The position numbers and the translations under genes were made by a program. Of a stretch of 64,000 bases of DNA, positions 23,830-34,800 are shown piece by piece (position 1 is the stretch's first letter; every line of letters starts with the position of its first letter). The stretch is from positions 3,100,001 to 3,164,000 of the forward strand of contig JBHGNT010000018.1 in NCBI GenBank assembly GCA_043228905.1. Direction: 5' to 3'. The notes under the pieces are model-generated. The model worked only from the letters and a program-made list of their open reading frames with translations, had not been told where the DNA came from and searched no databases. The stretch is from Azolla caroliniana (Eukaryota > Plantae > Polypodiophyta).

Positions 23830-25909
23830 TTATAATGATCATCTAAGCCCTTATTAGAGAGGGAAGACCCCATAAAGATAGGATTTAGTAAGTATGTGGA
23901 TTTATGAAAAGCTTTTAGCATCGTACCTCTTTCTCGACTCATGTTTCGTGGTTATCACCATATAAAAGTATAAATTGATGACATTGGTTTTCATATCCAC
24001 TCGCTAGAGGACTACAAAGACATCTAAATGTTTGAAATTATGGAAAAATGTTTGTTGACAAGCCTTGATAAAAACAAGATTAATCATGTTTTAACTCCAC
24101 TCATGCACAAGGAATGACATTAGAACAAGATGTGTTCTTGGGAAGAAAAAGGTGGCATCCACACGATTTTACAGTATACTTTGAGGTAACATTCATAGGG
24201 TCTCATTTCTCCTTACCGGAAGTTTCATGTGCCCGACTTTCTCGTGAATATGTAGCCCTAATTGCTCTTGAAAGGCAACTTGTATATAAACAACTATAAG
24301 AGCCACAAACTAAATTGTGGCTATTTGATACATTTGTGACATTGGTTCTTCTCTATGGAGGAGAAACCTTAGGAAATTGAATTTTCACAAGGTAAATAAC
24401 ATAAGAGATTTGGAGAGGCCTTTTAAGGTTTGATGAATGCATGTATGATTAGGAGCAAGCATAAATGTCCCATGATATAATTTGGTCATAGATGGGAGCA
24501 ACTCCAATAATCATCGAGGCATTATTCCAATCAATGGTTGGTATCTATGGCATCAAGAGCTCCCTAAATAAAGGTAATCAAGGTTCTACAAGTTACTAGT
24601 GGATATAATGAGTGATAGATATATGAAGTTTACTAGTGATTTCTGGCTGCAAGTCTTTAGGAAACTAGAAACTATTTTGAGCATCAATTCCTCAGACCAT
24701 CCTTAGTTTAATGGACAAACAGAATGAGTTAATCAAATCATTGAGGATATGGTAATCATTGAGGATATGGCGTCAAGAGCTCCCTAAATAAAGGTAATCA
24801 AGGTTCTACAAGTTATTAGTGGATATAATGAGTGATAGATATATGAAGTTTACTAGTGATTTCTGGCTGCAAGTCTTTAGGAAACTAGAAACTATTTTGA
24901 GCATCAATTCCTCAGACCATCCTTAGTTTAATGGACAAACAGAATGAGTTAATCAAATCATTGAGGATATGGTAATCATTGAGGATATGGCGTCAAGAGC
25001 TCCCTAAATAAAGGTAATCAAGGTTCTACAAGTTACTAGTGGATATAATGAGTGATAGATATATGAAGTTTACTAGTGATTTCTGGCCGCAAGTCTTTAG
25101 GAAACTAGAAACTATTTTGAGCATCAATTCCTCAGACCATCCTTAGTTTAATGGACAAACAGAATGAGTTAATCAAATCATTGAGGATATGGTTCAAGTT
25201 AATGCGTCTAGGATTCCTACTATATGTCAACAATATCTTCCTATTTTGGAATTTGTTTATAATAGTACTTTTATATTGACGTAGCCATGTGCCCAAATTG
25301 ATGTCAAGATTCATGATGATGAACTACAAAGTACATAAAACTTTCTAAGTGATATGCAAAATATGTTGCATATAGCATGGGGCAATATAAAAATGGTTCA
25401 AGACAAAGCTTGTTTTTATGCTAACCAGCATCAACAACCCTATGTATTTCTCCCTGGATAGAAAGTGTTTTACCTCATGACTCTACAATGTTGACTACAA
25501 GTAAGCGAGTAAGTGTGCTAAAATAGCCTTACGCTATTCTGGAAGACTGGATGTTTTACAATCCTCAAATGCATTGGTTCATCTGTCTATAACCTCCACC
25601 TTCTAATTGACATCAAAGTCCATCTTTTCTTTTATGTTAATTGTCTCATAGAGCTCTTGGGTTATAAAAATAATTCAATTTTCATTAAAACTTTGGTTAC
25701 TTTTGAGGATTTCGCATCTAAACCTCATAGGCAAGAAAGAATTCTCGATTCTAAAACTAAACACTTATGTTCAAAGAATGTTTGAGAGTTTACAATTAAA
25801 TGAACGGATGGTTCTATCAAAAATGTTACGTGGGAGCGAGAAGATGCTCGTAAAACCATTTTTTCCGACTTTTCATAGCAATAATGCAATCTTTTCGAAA
25901 AGGGGAGTA
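23830..25909 (+). mobile_element. Degenerate Ty3/gypsy (chromovirus-like) pol remnant
   Basis: Integrase core remnant SDRYMKFTSDFW...SSDHP*FNGQTE*VNQIIEDM; chromodomain-like ERILDSK...VTWERED; polypurine tract AAAAGGGGAG immediately before the TG at 25910. Confidence 0.75.
24549..25192. repeat. 220-bp tandem triplication of the integrase core
   Basis: Units start at 24549, 24769 and 24989 and are near-identical. Confidence 0.95.
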
Positions 25910-28256
25910 TGATATGAGCATAACCGTAATTATAGTTCTCTATAAATCATAGGGTTAGGTGTGGGTTAGTTCTCTATAAGGAAGATCACGTTAGATTCCT
26001 TCATCAGTTGGCCCACTTATAAAATAACAACCTTGTGTGAAATAGACAAGGGCCTAGGGTTTGAGCCTATATAAGAAGGTTGGCTACCTTCATGAAGGAG
26101 TTCATCTTTATTCTTTCTTTTTTTCCAAAAAACATCTACTTCCATTAGTTAAGAATGTACAAAGGAATCATTTACAACTCATATCTTACAAGACATCTTG
26201 CATGTCAAAGGAAAACAATGTGTAGATGAAACAACATAAAAAAACAACTCCAAAACACCACATCATTCTATGTGTATAGCATTACTCGAACACATATTCT
26301 CCACGTGAGCCTCATACAAAACAGAATTCAGCATAGATGTCCTCCATTCGCTCCTCATGGCAGCACCCATCTAGATGTTAGGAACACTTGGAGGGAACAG
26401 CCACCGCGGTGGTTGATAATTCCACTTCACTTTACCATCCATTATCTGCAGCGTCGACGAACCGCTCCATTTCCGAAGGAATCGAGCTCTAGCTTCTTCA
26501 CTTGCATCAGATGGCCCTTGAAGACTTTCAAACTCACCTCGCAACGTAGAAATAAGATTAAACCAGATCATCATTAAATTCTCAGCCGGTGGGGTTCGTT
26601 TACCTGCGAGGGTCTCCTTGCACCGAGATACCCACACTTGCCAAACCGTAAGGCCGACCACTAATACCCATATGTCCACGTAGCGTTCTTGTAAGAAGAA
26701 TAAACCTCCTTGCGTTGCTGGTTGCACAAATCCTTGCTTCACCATTAAAGAAGGATTGTTTCCATTCCACCCTTGAAACCACGAGGCCGATTTAGTGGCC
26801 AACCAAGTGATTGCTGCACTCGATACATGAACCTCAACCCCAAAACGAGCCAAGATTCTTAAGCTCCTCAACCAGATTTCTTGTGCTCGTGGGCAGCACC
26901 ACAAACAATGAGCGATGTCCTCCAAGCTCGCACTACACGCCTTGCAACCACTCATGCCGCCTCTATTCCCAAGCCACTCTCCCGTTGGAACAGCCCGATG
27001 GGTGATTAACCAGAAAAACACTTTGATCCGCTCGGGAAGGGATGAGTTCCATATCCTGCTCCTGGTTCTATCCACGAAGACTGAATCGATAGCTGCATGG
27101 GTCCACTTGTTGGCACATTTCTCACGATACGAACCTAACTTTCTCCCCAAGCGCGTCGAGTATTCGAAGAAACCTAGTGATTTAGCTTGTTCTCCCTTCC
27201 ACCTATATTCAGCGGGATCCAGTGTGGATGTTTGACAAGCAAGCTATTCGCACTGTTAAAGCATGTATTAGGGGATTTCTTTGGGCTGGGATGAGGAAAG
27301 ACAATGCGGCAGCCAAAGTATCATGGTCCACACTGATTCTTCCCAAGAGTAAGGGGGGTTTAGGATTGGTTGACCCTGGATTGCAGAGTCAGGCATTGTT
27401 GTGTAAGATATTGGTAAGAAGCTTGATACCCGGTGATGAGTTATGGAAAACATTGATACATAATAGGAGCATTCTATGGAGTCCAAGACTAGGTGGGCAA
27501 TGGAAGTCACACAAAGCGTGGCCTTTTTGCATGGACTTAAAATTGAGGAAATCTAACCGATTGGCTGATCGTACTTGTATGTCAGTGATGCAGGCGTGGA
27601 GTATGCTTCGTGGGCATCTAAGTCGGAATCGTCCAAGTACTAGTGTTGAATGGATGCGCCAACCCCTATTGTGGAACGAGACCGTGCAATCGCCAGAAGG
27701 AATGATGCTTGGACAAAGCAAGCACATGCCGTGGGCTATATTGCATTGTCTAGGGATACACTCGATGGTTGATTGGATGCGGTTGTCCGGCAATAATCGT
27801 GATCAATTATATGAAGACATGGGAAAGGTCAGAAATGGCAGAAAGATGCTTGACGTAGTCAATACAGCTGTCTCCTCGCTTCCTATTGGTAATGAGGAAG
27901 AGGGTGAATGGTCTGGACAATGTGATGGTACAGGAAATATTATCAATGTCAGGGGTCTAGGAAAGATTGGGAAGACCGTCCTGATGGGATTATTAGATGA
28001 AAGTGCAGGCTGGTACCCTATTAGAATTGTGGCAAGACACGGAAAGAAATGGAAGGTGAATCCACCAATCGAAGAGGTCGAGGAGGATTGGATCTTGTAC
28101 GTGGTTGAAGGCAAGCCTCTCGAGCGCGTAGAAGGAGTTCATCTTTATTATATTGGATAGAGACTTTGATAGTGTGGCAAATCGTTGGCTTCATACACGT
28201 GTTCATCTTGCTAGGTTGCTTCTTCAAACCCGAGGTACGATCCATGTCCGCACTCA
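25910..28256 (+). mobile_element. 3' LTR of the gypsy element (25910-26112 plus 28150-~28256), split by a LINE insertion
   Basis: TG start directly after the PPT, TATA-like CCTATATAAG at about 26066; sequence resumes after the LINE TSD and ends ...CACTCA (right end approximate). Confidence 0.65.
26113..28130 (-). mobile_element. 5'-truncated, 5'-inverted L1-type LINE
   Basis: 19-bp TSD GAAGGAGTTCATCTTTATT (26094-26112 and 28131-28149); T-rich tail at 26113-26124. The minus-strand part encodes a zf-RVT-like region (IKVFFWL...C..C...HCLWCCP). The plus-strand part 27222-28130 encodes the upstream post-RT region (FLW...KVSWSTLILPKSKGGLGL). Confidence 0.92.
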
Positions 28257-28566
28257 ATAGTATGGGGCACTAACTGGGAGGGGGGGCGGGCTAGGATGTG
28301 TCTCTTACCTTCGCAAGGGGGTGGTTCAAAGTGGACTAGCACCCTTTCTTCCTTAAGTTTCTCCTTAATTTGTCATAACGTTAAGATAGATTCTTACAAG
28401 GGTCATTTGCTACGTTGCAAGCATAACATATCCACTTGGCACCTTGTGAAATTATGTAATCTTGATTTTCTGCAACTAACGCCCCACAACACAACCTGCG
28501 TATAGCCCATCAATACAATCAGTAAGTAAGTGTTCAGAAGAACATTTAGACGGAATCAATGGGCAA

Positions 28567-28783
28567 GAGAATGTCCGAGCAAAATCAGGGTTGCAAGAAT
28601 GTCCAAGAAAAAATCGGGGTTGCGAGAATGTCCGGGCAAAATCGGGGTTGCAAGAATGTCCGGGCAAAATCGGGGTTGCGAGAATGTCCAGGCAAAATCG
28701 GGATGTGAGAATGTCCGGGCGAAATCGGGGCTGCGAGAGAATGTCCGGGCAAAATCGGGCTTGCGGGAATGTCTGGGCAAAAT
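28567..28783. repeat. ~28-bp minisatellite, about 8 copies, upstream of the PHOX/CLMP1-like gene
   Basis: Unit (G/A)AGAATGTCCGGGCAAAATCGGGGTTGC. Confidence 0.93.
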
Positions 28784-28935
28784 GGAAAGTGTGAAAACGC
28801 TGCAAGGCTTTTCTTTGGTTTGTTTATTTGTTTGTTTGATTGTTGATAAGGATAATTCTCTGCAATTGTTGTTGGTTCACATATTGATATATGTATATGT
28901 TGTTGTGAAGAAACAGAGGAGAGGAGAGGAGAGCT

Positions 28936-31854
28936 ATGGCGAAATCAGGCAACAAGAAGAAGAAGAGGACCACATCAAGCACCCCTTCACAACCAACTAT
29001 AGAGGAGACTGATACAGGTACAAAAACCCCTAACCCTAATCCAAACCCAATCCCTAAAACTCACTCAATTCCAAGCCCCAACCCTAAAGCAAACCCAATT
29101 CCTAGCCCAAACCCTAGAACTAACCCAATCCCAATCACAAACCCTAACCCTAACCCTAACCCTAAAGCTAGCCCTAGCCCTAATATGAATGCGGAGCATT
29201 TATCCGCGGTTTTGCTGTGCCGCGCACACGAGCTGAAAGATGAAGGTAACCGTCTCTTCCAAGCAAAAAACTATGAAAAAGCCATTGCTCTCTATGACAA
29301 AGCCATCAAGCTCACCCCTAATCATCCAGAAAGAGCCATCTTCCACAGTAACAAAGCGGCTTGTTTGATGCAAATGAAGAATCCTTCTCACTATGAACTA
29401 GTTGTTAGAGAATGTACTCTCGCTTTGCAAGCTCAACCCAAGTTCCAGAGAGCATTGTTCAGAAGAGCTAGAGCTTTTGAAGCCATGGGAAAGCTTGAGC
29501 TAGCTCTGCTTGATGTGAAAACGATTCTGGAAGAAGAAGCAGGGCATGAAGAAGCATTAGAGCTTGGGAAACGGCTCAGGATTGCACTATATGACCAAAA
29601 CAATCAAGAGAAAGTCGGAAGGAAAGATGAAAAAGATGAAGAAGATGGAGATGAAGGTCTGAAAGGAAGAGTTGGCATAGAAAATTGTGTATCTAATGCG
29701 AATACATCTTCCTCATCGAATTATGTAGTGGCTTCCCCTGCTTCTCTAGGAGCTTCTGTTGTGGGAGGAAGCTGTCGGGGTCCTTCCCTTCCAGTTAGAC
29801 CCAACTCTATGAAGACAAAGAAGAAGAAAGGAGAAAAGGTCGAGGAGAGCAGTATGCCTTCCCTCAAGCTTTCTCCTTCGCCTTCTGAGCCCAAACAGGC
29901 GGTATCGGCTCCCGGGTCGGGTCATATCGACCATTCCTCCTCTCGCATGCGAACAAACCCTAACGAGCACCTATCTTCTTCTCGTATACGACCAACCCCT
30001 AACGAAGAGATTTCGTCTTCTTCTTCTTCTTCACGCATGCGAACCATCCCTAAGGATGAGGAGTTATTATCTTCTTCTCGGAGCCGAACCACCCTTAAGG
30101 ACGAGGAGCTATCTTCTTCTCGTGTTCGAGCAGCGGATAATGATTCTGCTTGTGTGCAGACCTCCCCCAACAATGATAATGCACCTTCTTCTCGTGTGCA
30201 AAGCACCCCTAACATCTCCATGTCTACTACTAGACTGGATGAAACTTTAAAGCCTCTTCCCCTTCGGCCAAAATCTTCAAAAGTGGTTCCGCAGAAAGAC
30301 TCATCTAATCACCTCATTAGACCATTGAAGCTCATCTATGGTCATGATATCCGGCTTGCGAGAATGCCCATTAAATCTACGTTTAGTGATTTGAGGGAGA
30401 TTGTTCGGAAGAGGTTTCCCTCTTCAAAGGCTGTGCTTATCAAGTATAAGGACACAGATGGGGACTTGATCACTATTACATGCTCCGAGGAGCTTCGCCT
30501 CGCCGAGTTAGCTTCTTTTACAGAAGCTGATGGGTTGAAATCAAAAGTTGAATCAATCGAAAGTAAGCAAAGAGATTCAGATACCATTTTCGTTGACCCA
30601 ATGCCGCTTCTAAAGCTTCATGTGGTGGAAGTAGATCCAGAGCAAGAACCAGTTATTGAAGAAGAACAGGAACAGGAACAGGAACAGGAACAAGAAGAAG
30701 AAGAAGAAGGAGAAGAACAAGAACAACAGGAATGCTTGGATAAGGCAACTCCTGAGGCTATAGAACATGATCATTCATTGTCATCATTATCTGGAAAAGA
30801 AGATGTCACGTTCCAAGCCTCGGATAGCATTGTCGGACGTGAGAATGCAACAGATGACAGCAAAGAAGAGGAGAATTCAAAAGAAATTGAAATAGATGAA
30901 TGGTTCCTCGACTTTGCGAATCTCTTCCGAACCCACATTGGTGTTGATCCTGAAGCACATGTTGACCTACATGAGCTCGGCATGGAGTTTTGCTCAGAAG
31001 CTTTGGAGCAAGCCGTGACGAGCGAAGAAGCCCAACCCTTGTTTGAGGCATCAGCTTGTAAGTTCCAGGAAGTGGCAGCTCTGGCATTCTTCAACTGGGG
31101 CAATGTCCATATGTGTGCCGCTCGGAAACGCATACCTTTAGAAGAGAATGATGTCGACAAGAGTGTTTTCAATGAGCGTCTGGAGGCGGCATTTGAATGG
31201 GCACGAACTCAATATGAGATTGCTCGGGAAAAGTATGAAGAAGCTCTCAGGGTGAAGCCGGATTTCTATGAAGGAGTCCTCGCTCTTGGTCAAGAGAGCT
31301 TTGAAAATGCAAAGCTTAGATGGTCTTTGGCAATGGCAAGACAACTTGATCTGGCCAGTTGGGACTCTTCTGAGACCATCTCTCTATTCAAGCATGCTGA
31401 AGAGAAGATGCAGCTAGCGTTCGAAATGTGGGAAGTTTTTGAAGACCGGAAAATTAAGGAAATTATGGCGAACTCCAGTATTACAATATCCGAGACGCCC
31501 CCGAAACTCGATCCACGAGGCAAGAGAGATGGCCAACAAAAATTGTCCGAGTCTGAAACAAAGGAACAATTGCGAGCCACGAGGTTCCAGATCAATCTTT
31601 TCTGGGGGAATATTTTATTTGAGCATTCACAAGTCGAGTTCAAGCTAGGCATGAAATCATGGAAAACCTTGCTTGATATGGCCGTGCAAAAGTTTGAGCT
31701 TGCCGGTGCCTCACCTTCCGATATTATCGTTGTACTAAAAAACCATGTTGCTAATGTTGCATACCCCCATGATGATGATGGTGGTAAAGGGCATAATACT
31801 AAAGTGCAAGAGAATGTGTTGGAGATTCAAGGAGAACATGTCGAGGAACGATAA
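28936..31854 (+). CDS. PHOX/CLMP1-like TPR + PB1 domain protein, intronless, 972 aa
   Basis: N-terminal TPR triplet (RAHELKDEGNRLFQ...FHSNKAACLMQM...ALFRRARAFEA), PB1 domain (RPLKLIYGHDIRLA...VLIKYKDTDGDLITITCSEELRLAE), and the conserved C-terminal region (EIDEWFLDFANLFRTHIGVD...KFQEVAALAFFNWGNVHMCAARKR...KPDFYEG...QINLFWGNILFEHSQVEFK) typical of the plant PHOX1/CLMP1 family. Confidence 0.93.
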   Translation: MAKSGNKKKKRTTSSTPSQPTIEETDTGTKTPNPNPNPIPKTHSIPSPNPKANPIPSPNPRTNPIPITNPNPNPNPKASPSPNMNAEHLSAVLLCRAHELKDEGNRLFQAKNYEKAIALYDKAIKLTPNHPERAIFHSNKAACLMQMKNPSHYELVVRECTLALQAQPKFQRALFRRARAFEAMGKLELALLDVKTILEEEAGHEEALELGKRLRIALYDQNNQEKVGRKDEKDEEDGDEGLKGRVGIENCVSNANTSSSSNYVVASPASLGASVVGGSCRGPSLPVRPNSMKTKKKKGEKVEESSMPSLKLSPSPSEPKQAVSAPGSGHIDHSSSRMRTNPNEHLSSSRIRPTPNEEISSSSSSSRMRTIPKDEELLSSSRSRTTLKDEELSSSRVRAADNDSACVQTSPNNDNAPSSRVQSTPNISMSTTRLDETLKPLPLRPKSSKVVPQKDSSNHLIRPLKLIYGHDIRLARMPIKSTFSDLREIVRKRFPSSKAVLIKYKDTDGDLITITCSEELRLAELASFTEADGLKSKVESIESKQRDSDTIFVDPMPLLKLHVVEVDPEQEPVIEEEQEQEQEQEQEEEEEGEEQEQQECLDKATPEAIEHDHSLSSLSGKEDVTFQASDSIVGRENATDDSKEEENSKEIEIDEWFLDFANLFRTHIGVDPEAHVDLHELGMEFCSEALEQAVTSEEAQPLFEASACKFQEVAALAFFNWGNVHMCAARKRIPLEENDVDKSVFNERLEAAFEWARTQYEIAREKYEEALRVKPDFYEGVLALGQESFENAKLRWSLAMARQLDLASWDSSETISLFKHAEEKMQLAFEMWEVFEDRKIKEIMANSSITISETPPKLDPRGKRDGQQKLSESETKEQLRATRFQINLFWGNILFEHSQVEFKLGMKSWKTLLDMAVQKFELAGASPSDIIVVLKNHVANVAYPHDDDGGKGHNTKVQENVLEIQGEHVEER

Positions 31855-34800
31855 AGTTGTCAATGGTCTTTATGATCAAAGGAGCAGTAAGGATAGAAGT
31901 CTAGTAGGTAGATAGACAGATAGATAGGAGTTCAAAGTGAGGATGATTTTGATCTTATTTCTTTGGCTAGGTTTCGAGTTTGAAATTTGTGAGATGACAA
32001 TGGCTTTGCGTGGAGGCTAATTCAATGCACTTTATTATGGGTGCACATTTAACTGTGTTTGCTGAAATCTATACAGGCAAAACATTCTGAGGATTTTTCT
32101 TCACCAAGATGGATCGTTGCGCCATAAAAGCGTGCAAGAGGTGATCTGGTTGTACATGGGACTTTAATTTGAGGGCCATGACTTCAGAGGAGCAAAATTA
32201 TGGATGTTTAAATTTGAACTTTTTTTGCATTTGTTTTTTCTCTATGCATCATTCTCTGTCATCTTGATCATTTTGTCAGAAGTAATTCTTGATCGGATTA
32301 TTTGTTCGGATGTTTTACCCTGCACTAAGTATTGGCTCACTCATGGAGAAGCACAAATATTTCTAATGCCATTTCCATTGATGGATGGTGTGACCATGTT
32401 TACTGTGCCTTCAAATCAAGACATAATAATCAGGATGATTCTTGTTGAAATATGCATCTCATATGACCTTACCTTCAACATGAATCAAACATGGTGCTGT
32501 TAAACTATGTAAATTGTTGGAGTGAAGAAATATCGAATGAAACTTTGCAAAATTCAAGTGGACTATCTAGAAGCAACACATCTCCAATTTATGTCCATCC
32601 CAGTTGATGTTAATCTGTGCAATTGGGTTGGTTTCCTATTCCTTATCAATTATATCATGTTCAGGAATTTTCCTTCTTCTAATCTAAGGAAAATGGTCTT
32701 CTATCTTATAGCAATAGTTCCAAAAGGAAAACATGCTACCCTATATTGTTCTACAACCGAATGTGGATCTAAACAAAAGGGTTTATTTTGGGAAAATAAC
32801 TAGTCAAACTGTGAATAGCCTTGAGGGATAGTTTTCTTGGACTTAGATCCTGATAATGAAAGGAAAAGGATGAATGGTCTTGAAGCCTGCAAGCCATCAA
32901 TGCAAAAGAACCTAGTTAAAGTATTGTGTGACATTATTAGATCAAACTAATTGGCAATCATGCAACCTAATTCATTCAAACTTGGTGCTTAACTAGAGCA
33001 ACCTAATTTTATCATGCTAATTGAGTCATCATGCCACCTATTGAGATCAACCTAATTACCTCAAGGCTCAATATATATTGACCACAATCCATCATGATGA
33101 GATTATCATGGCATCTAATTAGAGAAAACTAATTAATTTGGGGAGACTCGGAAGTTAGAACTAGCATGAAATACGTACATCTATGATTTGAAAGTCTTCA
33201 AAAACAATTTCACATTAGGAGGACCTATGTGTTTGAAATAAATGTCTCTACATTTTCCTTTACCATACATTATGAATGCATGTGAGCATCAAATTCAAAG
33301 TTCATACATTTGTGCTTTGAAAATCCTTCACAATTTCTTTACACTAGTTATGTATTTTGTGGTCATCTCATTCATGGGCAACCATGAATGTGGGATTGGA
33401 TACATAAGCATGTACTACTTGGCCACATGGTTGCATGTAAGAGCACAAGATTGCACATAAAGTAATACATTTAGACACACAATATAGGTAAGTAATGAGC
33501 ACAATTGAACAATGGAAACATAAGAATAAAACACGATAACTAAACACATACGAGCCCATTCACACAAACAAACAAAACGGAAATGAATAAAGCATTTGTA
33601 ATATATACATGATATCATTGTTTTGCCACTTCACCAGACATAATTTGTTTTGTCTAAACCTCCGATAATCGAATTTGAGCGCTTGCTGTTGAATTTAAAG
33701 AGGAAATATTTCCATTCCATTCTCCAAGAAACTATAAATAGCAAGTCTAACATTTGCACTTAAATTTTTACTTCTGCAAACATAAATTAAGTGTGGAGTA
33801 AGGTGCAGAAGCCTTGAAATGTTTTTGAAATTTTGGGAACATCATGCGCTAATAGTACATACAAATATATTATTCGTCGAAATCATAGTCATGTAGTGTC
33901 ACCAAGTAGGTTCTACATTAGTTGTAAGTACACTCCAAGTGTATCTTTCTAAGTGGCAAAGAAGTTTGTGTACAATTATACATACATAACAATGAACACT
34001 CAAAGAGTGAGATTTTAAAGAAGTTTGTGTATTAGTTGTATAAACAAAGGGATTAAATGGAAGCTAGAGAGTTGAGACCTAAAGAAGTCTCCAAGTCTCA
34101 TCTACTTCATGACTAGTGTAAATGAATAGTACTTTGGACACTCTTCACATTTGTAGTTATGCCACATTTTGAATTCCATTATTATCCCACTCATGTGGCA
34201 TTTTGGGGATTGCATTATTGTATGAAATATCCTTGTGTGTAACATGACTGATTTTAATAATAAAAAGTTAATCAAAGGTATACAAAATCAAAAAAAGTTA
34301 ACCAAAGGTATACAAGACTAGAAAAAGTCCACAAGGGAGTGTTTGGCTAGAAAGTACTAGGGGCGAAGCACTCTAAGTAAACCAATCATCGTGTAGATGA
34401 TATATAAGGCTTCGCTAACAATGACCTAGTTATGGCCCCTAGGTGGAGTGGAGTCTTTCACAAGTTGTCAATGTCCCAATAGCCATGTAGATATTTGTTA
34501 TTGCTTTAAAATATTATAAGTCGAGTGTGCTTGATATAAATGCCAATGATCTCTAAGTTCAAATGAAGAACACAAACCATAATATCTATCACATTAACTT
34601 GGAAATGAATTGAATGTGTCACTCCGCTAACATGAATGTGCAACTCTAGAAGGCCATCTTCAAGAAACTATGGTAGGATTTGACTTGTCACTTGGAGATA
34701 AGTTAATAACATGACCATTCAACCATGACAATTGTATATTATTGTGTTAATAGATTGAGGATGTGAGAGTGACTAGATTGAGGATGTGAGACTTTTGAAG

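Noticed and set aside
27222-28160. 312-aa plus-strand ORF as a host gene
   Set aside because: It is the inverted arm of a LINE ORF2 and runs into the TSD.
28567-28783. CRISPR-like look of the 28-bp repeats (also the 43-bp repeats at 58057)
   Set aside because: The units are directly adjacent with no unique spacers, the context is eukaryotic and there are no cas genes.
28530-29012. ORFs of 67-160 aa on both strands upstream of the PHOX/CLMP1-like gene
   Set aside because: They are translations of the 28-bp minisatellite and have no domain content.
29140-29166. Interstitial telomere
   Set aside because: Only about 4 hexamer units, in frame within a Pro-Asn coding tract.
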